Assembly: GCA_963749705.1 (NCBI GenBank)
Contig: CAVVNQ010000002.1
Location: forward strand, 96,001-160,000
Source: an uncultured Chloroflexia bacterium
Lineage (GTDB): Bacteria > Chloroflexota > Limnocylindria > Limnocylindrales > CSP1-4
DNA length: 64,000 nt
Reading direction: 5' to 3'
Part shown: in pieces, positions 1-9,613 of the stretch
Layout: each line of letters begins with the position of its first letter
Position numbering within the stretch: position 1 is the first letter of the stretch
Notes under the pieces: generated by a model
Seen by the model: only the letters and a program-made list of their open reading frames with translations
Told to the model about the DNA's origin: nothing
Databases searched by the model: none
Program-made: the position numbers and the translations under genes

Positions 1-2
1 CG

Positions 3-665
3 GTATCGCGCCGCCTGCCGGAGCTGCTGGAGCTGCAGGCGGAGCGGACCTGGCAGCCGCTCGAGGCGCGCGAGCTGCGCGACGTGACGGTCGGCATCGT
101 CGGGCTGGGCTCGATCGGGCGGGCGGTGGGTGCCCTCGCGACGGCGTTCGGCTGCCGGGTGATCGCCACGCGACGGCGGCCCGAGGCCGGCAGCGGCACG
201 GCCGACGCCGCAGGCGATGAGCCGTTCCTGGGTTCCATGATGCTCGACCGGGTCCTGCCGCCGGAGCGGCTTCCAGAGCTCCTCGCCGAGTCCGATTTCG
301 TGGTCCTCGCGGCACCGCTCACCGCGGACACCCTGGGGCTCATCGACGACGACGCCATCACCCGGATGAAGCCCGGGGCGTGGGTCATCAACGTCGCCCG
401 GGGCGAGCTGGTCGATGAGTGGGCGCTCGAGCGCGCGCTGCGCGACGGACGGCTCGGTGGTGCCGTCCTGGACACCTTCCGCGAGGAGCCGCTGCCCCCG
501 AGCTCCGCGCTGTACGACATGCCCAACCTCATCCTCACGCCCCACACGTCCTGGTCGTCCAGCCGGGTGCTGGACCGTTCCGTGGAGCTGTTCTGCGACA
601 ACCTGCGCCGCTACGCCGCCGGCGAGCCGCTGGTCAACGTCGTGGATCCCAACGCGGGCTACTGA
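3..665 (+). CDS. D-isomer-specific 2-hydroxyacid dehydrogenase (5'-truncated by window edge)
   Basis: GIVGLGSIG Rossmann motif, INVARGELVDE, LDTF.EEPL, LTPHTSW; the frame is open to the window start. Confidence 0.9.
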   Translation, partial: VSRRLPELLELQAERTWQPLEARELRDVTVGIVGLGSIGRAVGALATAFGCRVIATRRRPEAGSGTADAAGDEPFLGSMMLDRVLPPERLPELLAESDFVVLAAPLTADTLGLIDDDAITRMKPGAWVINVARGELVDEWALERALRDGRLGGAVLDTFREEPLPPSSALYDMPNLILTPHTSWSSSRVLDRSVELFCDNLRRYAAGEPLVNVVDPNAGY

Positions 666-731
666 GGCCCGCTCCCCGGGCGATCGCCGGGCGCTCGCCG
701 CCGCGCCCGCCGCGCCCGGTAGCATCAGGGC

Positions 732-1835
732 ATGCAGATCGCGATCGTCGGGCTGGCCGGATGCGGCAAGACCACCGTGTTCAACACCCTCACCCGAGGC
801 CATGCGGAGACGGGCGGCTACGGCGGTCTCCAGCTCAACGTCGGCGTGGTCAAGGTTCCCGACGAGCGTCTGGACCTGCTGGCGGCGGTGTTCAAGCCCA
901 GGAAGATCGTCCATGCCGACGTGACCTACGTGGACCTTCCCGCGCCGCCCGCGTCATCCGAAGGGCATGTCGGGACCGAGGAGCTGCCGGCCGAGCACCT
1001 CGCCCGGCTGCGCGAGGCGGACGCGCTCATCCACGTGGTCCGTGCCTGGGACGACGCGGCCCATCCCCACCCGGCCGGGTCGGTGGATGCCGCCCGCGAC
1101 CTGGAGCAGCTGGACCTGGAGTTCATCCTCGCCGACCTGGCCATGGTGGACCGCCGGCTGGAGCGGCTGGCCAGCTCGGGGCGCCACGGGACGCCGGCCG
1201 AGCGCGAGGCGAACGAGCGCGAGGAGGCCGTCCTTGCCCGGCTCAAGCCCGGGCTCGAGGCGGGTCGCCCGATCCGGGACGAAGACCTGGACCCCGACGA
1301 CGAGAAGCTCCTGCGCGGCTTCCGGTTCCTGACCCAGAAGCCCGCCCTGGTCCTGCTCAACGTCGGCGAGGGGGACATTGCGGCCGCCCCGGCGCTGGTC
1401 GACGCGATCCGCTCGACCTACCAGCACCGGCACGTCATGGTCGATTCGCTGTCGGCGAAGATCGAGATGGAGCTCGGCGAGCTCGAGCCGGACGAAGCCG
1501 CGGTGTTCATGGACGAGCTCGGCATCGGCGAGTCCGGTCTCGACCGGGTGATCGCCTTGTCGTACCGGCTGGTCGGCCTGATCTCGTTCCTCACGGCGGG
1601 GCCCGACGAGGTTCGGGCCTGGCCGGTGCCGGACGGCTCGAATGCCGTCGATGCCGCCGGCGCGATCCACACCGATCTCGCCCGGGGGTTCATCCGGGCC
1701 GAGACCATCGGCTACGAGGAGCTGCTCGCGGCCGGGTCGATGGCCGAGGCGAGGAAGCACGGACGCGTGCGATCCGAGGGCAAGACCTACCGGGTCCGCG
1801 ACGGCGACGTGATCGAGATCCTGTTCAGCCGGTAG
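732..1835 (+). CDS. ychF: YchF/Obg-like ATPase
   Basis: P-loop GLAGCGKTT, VKVPDERLD, FLTQKP, AAGAIHTDLARGFIRAE, EGKTYRVRDGDVI (TGS domain). Confidence 0.92.
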   Translation: MQIAIVGLAGCGKTTVFNTLTRGHAETGGYGGLQLNVGVVKVPDERLDLLAAVFKPRKIVHADVTYVDLPAPPASSEGHVGTEELPAEHLARLREADALIHVVRAWDDAAHPHPAGSVDAARDLEQLDLEFILADLAMVDRRLERLASSGRHGTPAEREANEREEAVLARLKPGLEAGRPIRDEDLDPDDEKLLRGFRFLTQKPALVLLNVGEGDIAAAPALVDAIRSTYQHRHVMVDSLSAKIEMELGELEPDEAAVFMDELGIGESGLDRVIALSYRLVGLISFLTAGPDEVRAWPVPDGSNAVDAAGAIHTDLARGFIRAETIGYEELLAAGSMAEARKHGRVRSEGKTYRVRDGDVIEILFSR

Positions 1836-1856
1836 GGAGCCGGCCGGGCGCGGTGG

Positions 1857-2201
1857 TCAGTTCGGGCGGCCGTCGCCCGTCTGGAGATCCGCGAGGATCT
1901 CGAGGTAGTCCACGCTGTCCTCGGGCGCATCGAGGTCGGCGAGGAAGTTCTCGTCCTCCTCGCGGGACACGTTGACCGCGGCGGACAGCCGCTCGTCCGT
2001 GATGGCGATGAACCCGTAGTCACGCTCGAGCTCGTCGGCGATCGCCTGGACCAGCGTCTCCTGCTCGAACGTGTCGATGATGCGGCGCCGGACGGACTGC
2101 ACGAGCTCGAAGAAGTCCTCGGGCTCCATCTCCTCCTCGCGGGCGAGCAGGAGATCGGCGAACACGTCGTCGTCGCCCTCGTGGAGTTCGTAGAAATGCA
2201 T
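1857..2201 (-). CDS. small, very acidic hypothetical protein (114 aa)
   Basis: C-terminal part of ORF 1857..2924; ATG at 2201 preceded by GAGG; normal codon usage; starts MHFYELHEGDDD. Confidence 0.75.
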   Translation of the reverse strand: MHFYELHEGDDDVFADLLLAREEEMEPEDFFELVQSVRRRIIDTFEQETLVQAIADELERDYGFIAITDERLSAAVNVSREEDENFLADLDAPEDSVDYLEILADLQTGDGRPN

Positions 2202-2303
2202 GATTGGACCTCGGTCGGAAGCGGCCGCTGGGGCCGGGGCCGCGCGATCCCGCGCGGGACGGCCAGTATAGGGCGGGGCCGTTCCGGCTCCCGTGGAGGC
2301 TGA

Positions 2304-3218
2304 ATGGACGAGACGCCGTCGGTCGTGGTCGTCGGGGCGGCAAGCCGGGACCTCACCGACGACGACGAGCGCGGCTGGCGCCTCGGCGGCGGCGTCTGCT
2401 ACTCGGCGCTCGCCCTTGCCCGGCTCGGCCTGCGGGTGGGTGCGCTCGTCGTTGCAGATCCGCCTGCCGCGGCCTCGCGCGAGATCCGGATGCTGCGTGA
2501 GGCAGGCGTCCAGGTCGCGATCGTGCCCGACACCCGAGGCCCGATCTTCGTCAACATCGAGACCCCGGACGGACGGATCCAGCGAACGCCGCAGGTCTCG
2601 GATCCCGTCGATCCGGGGGCGCTGCCGCCCGCATGGCGGAGCGCCCGAGCGTGGCTGTTCGGCCCGGTCGCCGGCGAGGTCCCGGAGGGCTGGGCGTCCG
2701 TGCCGCCCCCCGATGCGCTGGTCGCGCTCGGCTGGCAGGGGCTGCTTCGCGTCCTGCGCGCGGGCGAGCCCGTCCGGCACCTGGCACCCGCGGCGTCCGA
2801 TGTCGTCCGCCGCGCAGACCTGATCGGCGTCGGGCGTGACGACGTGGATCCATCGGTCCGTCCGGGCGACCTGCTGTCGCTGATGCACCCGGGCGCGACG
2901 CTGCTGTTCACCGACGGCATCCATGGCGGGGTGGCGCTCGATGCCGGGCCGGACGGGCAGCCGACGCGCCGGCGTCCATGGCGCAGCATCCCGGCGGAAC
3001 GCTACGTGGATCCGGTCGGCGCGGGGGACACCTTCCTCGCCGGTGTGTTCGCGGCCCTCGTCGACCCGAGCCTGGTCGCGGGCTGGCCGGGCGCGGATCC
3101 GGAGCTTCGGCTGGGTGCCGCGTGCGGGTCGCTGGTCCTCGAGGGACCCGGCCTGTTCGGGGTCCCGGATCTCGGCGCGGCGCTGCGCAGGATGGGCGGC
3201 GGATCCAACCCGGACTGA
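2304..3218 (+). CDS. PfkB/ribokinase-family carbohydrate kinase
   Basis: N-terminal GGGVCYSALALARLG and C-terminal DPVGAGDTF anion-hole motif. Confidence 0.85.
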   Translation: MDETPSVVVVGAASRDLTDDDERGWRLGGGVCYSALALARLGLRVGALVVADPPAAASREIRMLREAGVQVAIVPDTRGPIFVNIETPDGRIQRTPQVSDPVDPGALPPAWRSARAWLFGPVAGEVPEGWASVPPPDALVALGWQGLLRVLRAGEPVRHLAPAASDVVRRADLIGVGRDDVDPSVRPGDLLSLMHPGATLLFTDGIHGGVALDAGPDGQPTRRRPWRSIPAERYVDPVGAGDTFLAGVFAALVDPSLVAGWPGADPELRLGAACGSLVLEGPGLFGVPDLGAALRRMGGGSNPD

Positions 3219-3224
3219 GCCCGC

Positions 3225-4718
3225 TCAGTAGGCGCGCGCGAACACCGCCGTCGCTGCCGCCGGCGCACCACAGCGGACGCAGGCGGTCGAGGGTTCACCC
3301 TCGTCGAGCTCCGCGTCGAACGGGATGACGCGCAGGGTGGCGCCGGTCGTGGCCTGGACCTCACGTTCGCAGTCGGGCGAGCCGCACCAGCCGCTGACGA
3401 GGAAGCCGCCGTGCGCACCGTTCACGGCGACGAGCTCGTCCCAGCCGGAGATCCGGTGCGTGTTGGCCCGCCGGAACGCGATCGCCCGCTCCAGCAGGCG
3501 GGCCTGGATCCGTTCGAGGCGCGAGGCGACGTCGCCCGCAAGCTGATGGACCGGGACCGACGCCTTCGCGCCCGGGCCGTCCGTCGCGGGTCGCCGCTCG
3601 GCCACGACGACCGTGCCCGCCGCGACATCCCGTGGCCCGACCTCGAGCCGGACCGGGACGCCGCGCAGCTCCCAGTCGTTGAACCGGTAGCCGGGCGTCA
3701 GGTCGTCGCGCCGATCGACCCGCACCCTGATCCGCTGGTCGCCGAAGACGGCCTGTGCCCGCAGCGCGTCCTCGACCGGTGCGATGGCCGCCTCCACGAC
3801 CGCCCGCTCCTCGGTCGTTCGCCAGATGGGCACGACCACGACCTGGATCGGGGCGATGCGTGGTGGCAGCACGAGGCCGCGCTCGTCGCCGTGGACCATG
3901 ATCACCGCGCCGATCGTCCGCCACGAGAAGCCCCACGATGTCCCGAACGGGTGCCGTCGCTCGTTGTCGCGGTCGAGGAAGCGGATGTCGAACGCGCGCG
4001 CGAAGTTCGAGCCGAGGTCGTGGCTGGTGCCCATCTGCAGCGCGCGCCGGTCGCCCATCAGCGCCTCGCCGGTCAGCGTCACCTCGGCGCCCGGGAACTT
4101 CTCCGATTCGCTCTTGCGGCCCGAGATCGTCGGGATCGCGAGCCAGTCCTGCCAGATCTCGCGGTACACGCCGAGCATCCGCTCCGCTTCCTCGCGGGCC
4201 TCGGCCGCGGTGGCGTGGAACGTGTGGCCTTCCTGCCACAGGAACTCGGCCGTGCGCAGGAACGGCCGCGTGCGGAGCTCCCAGCGGACCACGTTCGCCC
4301 ACTGGTTCACGAGCACGGGCAGATCGCGATAGCTCTGGATCAGGTCGCGGTAGACGGCCCCGACCATCGCCTCCGAGGTGGGCCGGATCGCGAGGCGCTC
4401 GGCGAGCCTGTCGGCGCCGCCGTGGGTCACCCAGGCGACCTGCGGGCTGAACCCTTCGACATGCTCCGCCTCCGTCTCCAGGAGGCCCTCGGGTACGAGC
4501 AGCGGCAGGTAGATGTTCTCGTGACCCGTCTCCTTGATCCGGCGGTCGAGCGCGTCGCGGACGTGCTCCCACAGGGCGAAGCCGTACGGGCGGACGACGA
4601 TGCAGCCCCGGACGGGCGCATAGGAGGCGAGCTCGGCGTCGCGGACGACGTCGAGATACCACTGGCCGAAGTCGGCCGATCGGGATGCACGGGAATGGTT
4701 GGATGCAGGCGCGGGCAT
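3225..4718 (-). CDS. proS: proline--tRNA ligase, archaeal/eukaryotic type
   Basis: DFGQWY, VRGC, EAEHVEGF, RPTSE, QWANVVRWE, FLWQEGHT, GTSH, C-terminal Zn-binding Cys and FARAY end; GAGGAG RBS before ATG 4718. Confidence 0.96.
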   Translation of the reverse strand: MPAPASNHSRASRSADFGQWYLDVVRDAELASYAPVRGCIVVRPYGFALWEHVRDALDRRIKETGHENIYLPLLVPEGLLETEAEHVEGFSPQVAWVTHGGADRLAERLAIRPTSEAMVGAVYRDLIQSYRDLPVLVNQWANVVRWELRTRPFLRTAEFLWQEGHTFHATAAEAREEAERMLGVYREIWQDWLAIPTISGRKSESEKFPGAEVTLTGEALMGDRRALQMGTSHDLGSNFARAFDIRFLDRDNERRHPFGTSWGFSWRTIGAVIMVHGDERGLVLPPRIAPIQVVVVPIWRTTEERAVVEAAIAPVEDALRAQAVFGDQRIRVRVDRRDDLTPGYRFNDWELRGVPVRLEVGPRDVAAGTVVVAERRPATDGPGAKASVPVHQLAGDVASRLERIQARLLERAIAFRRANTHRISGWDELVAVNGAHGGFLVSGWCGSPDCEREVQATTGATLRVIPFDAELDEGEPSTACVRCGAPAAATAVFARAY

Positions 4719-4848
4719 CGGGAGAGCTCCTCGAGTCTGGGCGATCGGGGCCAGCGGCTCTAGCCGTGTCGGCGGTGCCGACGCTGTTCGACTAGAGCCC
4801 GATCGGGGTTCGGAGGAGTCTCGGATGGCGCATGGTCGGCGCATCGTA
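4716..4848 (-). promoter_or_regulatory. proS leader: -10 box, 13-codon uORF and long hairpin masking the proS RBS and AUG
   Basis: TACGAT at 4848-4843; uORF 4833..4792 (MRHPRLLRTPIGL*); nested complementary segments CAUC/GAUG, GAGA/UCUC, CUCCU/AGGAG, CGAUCGG/CCGAUCG, GCUCUAG/CUAGAGC, GUCGGC/GCCGAC. Confidence 0.6.
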
Positions 4849-4902
4849 CCGCATCTGGAGCGCCTGCCCCGGGCCGCTCACCGTCACCGCGGCACGCGTC
4901 CG

Positions 4903-6447
4903 TCAGGCACGTCCGGCAGCGGTGCCCGGCGACGCCGGAGCCCCGGTCTCTACCCGGCGACGGGCCCGGCCCGCCGTCGACGCCGCGGATCGCCGCCGGA
5001 TCCGGGCACCGAGCCGCGCCGCCCGACGCACGAGGTCGGCTTCGAGCCTCGGGTGTGGACGTCCGAGCAGACGGATCCGCTCGAGCAGCCGTGCCGCGGC
5101 CCGGGTGGCGACGAGGGCCCCCACCGGGTCGTTGAGGCGGTGCTCGCGAAGCTTGGCGACCTCGATCCAGGCGATCGCTCCGAGCCCGTCACCGGCCGCC
5201 GCAGCGGTCTGCCATGCCTCGGCGGCCTCCGCCCACCGCCCCAGGCGCTTGAGCACCCGCGCTCGCTCGGCGGCCAGGCGCTCGTCCGTCCAGCGCGATG
5301 CCGCGTCCCAGCTGCCCGCGCCCGGCGACGGGCCGAGCGAGCCGCCGCGTCCATTGGCCAGCGGTCCGCGCCAGCCGCCGCGGGGTGGGGTGCCGCCGTA
5401 GTGCGGACGATGGCGCGGCATCCACCACGCGTCGCGCTCTTCCTCGAGGGCCTCCCGGACCATGGCCGGGCGGACGGGCGACAGCCCGAATGGGTTGCGG
5501 ATCGGCGCCGGCGCCGCCAGCGCGTCGTCGAGGCAGTCGAGCGCCTCCTCGTGGCGGTGCTCTCGCCCGAAGGCCCGGGCGAGCCCCGACAGGTCCCCCC
5601 GGGGCGCCCCGTGGCGCGCGGCGCGGTCGCCGAACCGGTGCTCGACATGGGCGAGCAGCAGGCCCAGCGAGCGGACGTCCTTCTCGTTGTGGACGACCAC
5701 GCCCGCGAGCAGGTCCACCGGACCGCCCCGCAGGACGTCGAGGTAGATCCCCGGGATCTCCCAGCCCTCGACATCGCCGACCCGGCTGACGCCGAGCAGC
5801 TGCTCCTCGACCGTGCGCAGGCGCGCGTCGTCCATCCGGTGACGGAACACGCGGCGCACGAACGGCAGCAGGTCCAGGTGGCCCGCGTGGGTCGGCGCGG
5901 GCTGGCCGGCCAGCCGGAAGCGTGCCTCGATCAGGGGCCAGTCGAAGCCGCGGCCGTTGTAGCTGACCAGCCACGTGTCGGGCGTGACCCAGCGGCCGAT
6001 CTCCGACAGCAGCGCCGCCTCGTCCGCATGATCCGGCAGCAGCAGCTGCGTCTGCCGGAACGCGTCGCCGTCCCAGCGAGCCAGGCCGACCAGGAACGCG
6101 AGCGTCCCGGCGGCGGTCGCGAGGCCGGTCGTCTCGGTGTCGATGCAGACCAGGGGAGCGTCGCGCGGCGGCTGGCCGGGCAGGCGGGCAAGCCGGTCAC
6201 GATCGATGGCGATGGTGACGGGCGGCACGACCCTCCGGACGAGGGTCCCGGCCGGCGTCTCGTCGACGTCCGCGCCGAGCGCCAGCGCGAGCCTGGCCGC
6301 GAGGACACGGCTGCTCCGACCCGCGAACGGCGCCCGGGCCGGGAGCTGGTCCGGACCGGCCGGTGGGCCGCTCCCGCGAGCGAGCGTCGCCCGCAGGTTC
6401 GCCAGCCGGCGCTCCCGCGTGACCGCGGTGGACGGCTCCGCCGTCAT
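4903..6447 (-). CDS. RNase H-like DEDD exonuclease with TPR-like C-terminus (YprB/MrfB family)
   Basis: CIDTETTGL, SYNGRGFDWP, HLDLL, HNEKDV; overlaps the upstream DUF1998 helicase by 4 nt. Confidence 0.85.
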   Translation of the reverse strand: MTAEPSTAVTRERRLANLRATLARGSGPPAGPDQLPARAPFAGRSSRVLAARLALALGADVDETPAGTLVRRVVPPVTIAIDRDRLARLPGQPPRDAPLVCIDTETTGLATAAGTLAFLVGLARWDGDAFRQTQLLLPDHADEAALLSEIGRWVTPDTWLVSYNGRGFDWPLIEARFRLAGQPAPTHAGHLDLLPFVRRVFRHRMDDARLRTVEEQLLGVSRVGDVEGWEIPGIYLDVLRGGPVDLLAGVVVHNEKDVRSLGLLLAHVEHRFGDRAARHGAPRGDLSGLARAFGREHRHEEALDCLDDALAAPAPIRNPFGLSPVRPAMVREALEEERDAWWMPRHRPHYGGTPPRGGWRGPLANGRGGSLGPSPGAGSWDAASRWTDERLAAERARVLKRLGRWAEAAEAWQTAAAAGDGLGAIAWIEVAKLREHRLNDPVGALVATRAAARLLERIRLLGRPHPRLEADLVRRAARLGARIRRRSAASTAGRARRRVETGAPASPGTAAGRA

Positions 6448-8750
6448 GCGACCGCCGCGCGGTCGCGAGCGCCGGCCTCAAGGGCGTCGAGCAGCCGGAG
6501 CGCGAGCGCCTTGCCGTCCACGTCGGGCTCCAGCCGGGGGCCGGTGCAGGCCGGACAGCCCGCATCGCAGGGGCACGCCCGGATCAGCTCGGCGGCCCCC
6601 GCGACCAGCTCGTCGTGTCGCGCGAACAGCCGCTCCGACAGGCCGACCCCACCCGGCATCGCCTCGTACAGGTAGATCGTCGGGGCTTCGTGGTGGGGTG
6701 ACCGGACCTGGGAGACGAGCCCCAGGTCCCGCGGATCGACCATCAGCAGGACGGCGGCCACGGCCTGGATCGCGCGCCCGGCGCCGATCAGCGCGACATC
6801 GAGCTGATCCCGGCGCCAGCCGGTCGCCGCGGTCTCGGCCGTCAGCCAGTAGGCGGTGGTCTGGAGCTCGAGCTCCGGCAGGTCGATCGGTCCCCAGCCG
6901 ACGTTCTCGTCGGTGATGAACTTGAGCTTCTTGTACAGCGTCACGAGGCTCGCGACCATGACCTCGCCGTGCACCCGGGTGCCCCCGACGGCCGGCGCGG
7001 CGGCGAACACGTCGAGCGGCTTGAGGGTCACCGCCCGATTGGCGTAGGTGTAGTGGTCGGCATCGATCCGGTGGACGTACGCCTTGCGCTCGCCCCATTC
7101 CAGCCGGTCCACGTGGTACTGGACGGAATCGTGCATGTAGATCGCGTGCTCGTGGACGAGGACCTGGGCCGAGAACAGGTCAACCTCGCCCAGCACGCGC
7201 GGCCGGTCCGGGCTGGTGTCGATGATCACGACGTTCTCGGGTGCCGCGGACCGCAGCGAGATCTCCGACGCCGGGAAGTTCTCCGAGCTCCAGTACCAGC
7301 GCCCGTCGTCTGCCTGGCGCACCTGCCCGCCCTCGCCCAGGTAGGCGAGCAGGTCGTCCGCGGGGCCGGGTCCGAACCACTCGCCCGGCTCGAACGGCAG
7401 CTCGAACGTGGCCGCGCGGATGTGCGCGAGCAGGACGTGGAGGTTGTCCGGGTCAAGCCGCGCCTCCTCGGGGCTCCCGCCGAGGACGAACTCCGGGTGG
7501 TGGATCACGTACTGGTCCACGGGCGCCGCCGACGCGACCACGATCGCGACGCTGACGTCGCCTCGCCGGCCGGCGCGGCCCATCTGCTGCCAGGTGCCGG
7601 CGATCGAGCCCGGGTACCCGGCCAGCACCGCGACGTCGAGCCGGCCGATGTCGACGCCCAGCTCGAGGGCGTTGGTGCTGACGACGCCCAGGATCTCGCC
7701 GTCCCGCAGCCCACGTTCGATGGACCGCCGCTCGGTGGGCAGGTAGCCGCCTCGATAGCCGCGGACGCGGCTGCGCGGCCCCAGGTCCAGTCGCAGTGCC
7801 TCCCGCAGGTTCGAGAGCATGATCTCGACGGCGACCCGGGACTTGCCGAACACGACGGTCTGGCGTCCCGCCCGCAGGAACGGCAGCGCCCAGCGTTCCG
7901 CGAGGGTCAGGGCCGAGCCGCGCGCGCCGGTCGACCCGTCCAGGATCGGCGGATCCACCAGCAGGACGTGCTTCTCACCCGACGGCGCCCCGTTGCGGTC
8001 GATGAGGCGCGACGGCCGGCCGGTCAGCGTCCGGGCGAGCTCCGCCGGGTTGCCGATGGTCGCCGAGCAGCACACGATGACCGGGTGGCTGCCGTAGTGG
8101 GCGCACAGCCGCAGCAGGCGCCGCAGGACGTTCGCGACGTGGCTGCCGAACACGCCCCGGTACGTGTGCAGCTCGTCGATCACGATCACGCGCAGCTGCT
8201 CGAACAGCTGGAACCATTTGGTGTGGTGGGGGAGGATGGCCGAATGGAGCATGTCCGGGTTGGTCACCACGACCTGGCCGGCCTTGCGCACGGCCGAGCG
8301 GATCGGTGCCGGCGTGTCCCCGTCGTAGCAGGCCGATGACACCTCGAGGCCGGCGTCGCGCACGAGCTCCGACAGCTCCGCCACCTGGTCCTGGCCGAGC
8401 GCCTTGGTGGGAAACAGGAACAGCGCCCGTGCGGACGGGTCCTCGGCGAGCGCCTGCAGCACCGGGACCGTGTAGCACAGCGACTTGCCGGACGCGGTGG
8501 GCGTGACCACGACGACGTCCTCGCCTGCGTGGACGGCCTCGATCGCATCCGCCTGGTGGACGTAGGGCCGCTCGATCCCGCGCTTCGCGAGGCCGCCGCG
8601 GATCCTGGGGTCCAGCCACTCCGGCCAGTCCGAGAACACCGCATCGCGCGCGGCGAGGATCTCGTGGTGGACGACGCCGCGAGCGAGCGACGGCTCCTCG
8701 AGCAGCCCGTCGAGCACGGTTCTCGTGGGGGTGGGCGCATAGGTTCGCAT
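6444..8750 (-). CDS. DEAD/DEAH-box helicase with DUF1998 Zn domain (YprA/MrfA/Hrq1 family)
   Basis: TPTASGKS, DELH, SATIGNP, STNALELGVDIG, QQMGRAGR, C-terminal CPCDAGCPAC. Confidence 0.92.
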   Translation of the reverse strand: MRTYAPTPTRTVLDGLLEEPSLARGVVHHEILAARDAVFSDWPEWLDPRIRGGLAKRGIERPYVHQADAIEAVHAGEDVVVVTPTASGKSLCYTVPVLQALAEDPSARALFLFPTKALGQDQVAELSELVRDAGLEVSSACYDGDTPAPIRSAVRKAGQVVVTNPDMLHSAILPHHTKWFQLFEQLRVIVIDELHTYRGVFGSHVANVLRRLLRLCAHYGSHPVIVCCSATIGNPAELARTLTGRPSRLIDRNGAPSGEKHVLLVDPPILDGSTGARGSALTLAERWALPFLRAGRQTVVFGKSRVAVEIMLSNLREALRLDLGPRSRVRGYRGGYLPTERRSIERGLRDGEILGVVSTNALELGVDIGRLDVAVLAGYPGSIAGTWQQMGRAGRRGDVSVAIVVASAAPVDQYVIHHPEFVLGGSPEEARLDPDNLHVLLAHIRAATFELPFEPGEWFGPGPADDLLAYLGEGGQVRQADDGRWYWSSENFPASEISLRSAAPENVVIIDTSPDRPRVLGEVDLFSAQVLVHEHAIYMHDSVQYHVDRLEWGERKAYVHRIDADHYTYANRAVTLKPLDVFAAAPAVGGTRVHGEVMVASLVTLYKKLKFITDENVGWGPIDLPELELQTTAYWLTAETAATGWRRDQLDVALIGAGRAIQAVAAVLLMVDPRDLGLVSQVRSPHHEAPTIYLYEAMPGGVGLSERLFARHDELVAGAAELIRACPCDAGCPACTGPRLEPDVDGKALALRLLDALEAGARDRAAVA

Positions 8751-8894
8751 GGCGGGCTCCCGCGCTGATATCGAACGGATGAGCTATTTGACGCGGAGTG
8801 TACGACACGCTGGCCGGCGGTTGTGACAGGTCCGCTGTCACGACCCGTGCGCGGCCGTGCCATGTGGCCCCTCCAGCGCACGGCAGAGCGCAAG

Positions 8895-8923
8895 TTGACA
8901 GCGGAATCGAGCGCAGCTACCCT
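8895..8923 (+). promoter_or_regulatory. sigma70-type promoter, probably leaderless, of the divIC-like gene
   Basis: TTGACA (8895-8900), 17-nt spacer, TACCCT (8918-8923), then 7 nt to ATG 8931. Confidence 0.75.
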
Positions 8924-8930
8924 CGCCCCG

Positions 8931-9467
8931 ATGCCTCGACGCGCCGATCGCCAGACCGCCGCTGACACCGAGCCGGACGCCGTCGAGCCGACGTCACCCG
9001 GACCCACCGGCGCGCCCCTGACGCCGGCTGCCGCGGGCGCGCTGGGGAGCCTCGCGGACCTGCCCGTCGCGGGGCTCACGCGACGCCGCATCGCCCTCCT
9101 GATCGGTGCCCTCGTGGCCGCCTGGGTCCTGGTCCTGTTCGCCCGCCAGGTCGGCGAGGCAGGCGAGGCGACGGCACGCGCGGATGCCGCGCGGATGTCG
9201 AACGCGGCGCTCGCTGCGAACGTGGTCGACCTCCAGCGGGAGCTCCAGCTGATCCAGCGCGACGCGTACATCGAGCAGCAGGCCCGGACCTACCGCCTGG
9301 GGACGCCGCAGGAGATCCCGTTCACGCTGGAGGACGGCGCTCCGTCGCTCGCGCCCGACGCACCCGGTCAGGCCGCCGTGCGCCTGGGCGCCGTCACCAC
9401 GCGGCTCAGCCCGCTCGACGCCTGGCTGGACCTGCTGTTCGGCGCGTCCGCATCGTCCGGGCCCTGA
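8931..9467 (+). CDS. septum formation initiator (FtsB/DivIC-like) protein
   Basis: single TM helix, coiled coil, YIEQQARTYRLG..PQE motif. Confidence 0.7.
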   Translation: MPRRADRQTAADTEPDAVEPTSPGPTGAPLTPAAAGALGSLADLPVAGLTRRRIALLIGALVAAWVLVLFARQVGEAGEATARADAARMSNAALAANVVDLQRELQLIQRDAYIEQQARTYRLGTPQEIPFTLEDGAPSLAPDAPGQAAVRLGAVTTRLSPLDAWLDLLFGASASSGP

Positions 9468-9613
9468 CGCGGCCGCCGATCGCCGCCGATTCTCCTTCCC
9501 TCGGCGGCACCTGCAGCCTATCCTGAGTCCATCGCACCGGCGTCACGGACGCGTGCGTCATCGCGCGTCGGCCCTTCGGGCTGCCGTTGCCCGGGAGGAG
9601 GGGTTGGCCACGC

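Noticed and set aside
4716-4900. T-box riboswitch upstream of proS
   Set aside because: I found no UGGN-ACC T-box bulge or specifier stem, and the leader is short; the uORF and hairpin model fits better.
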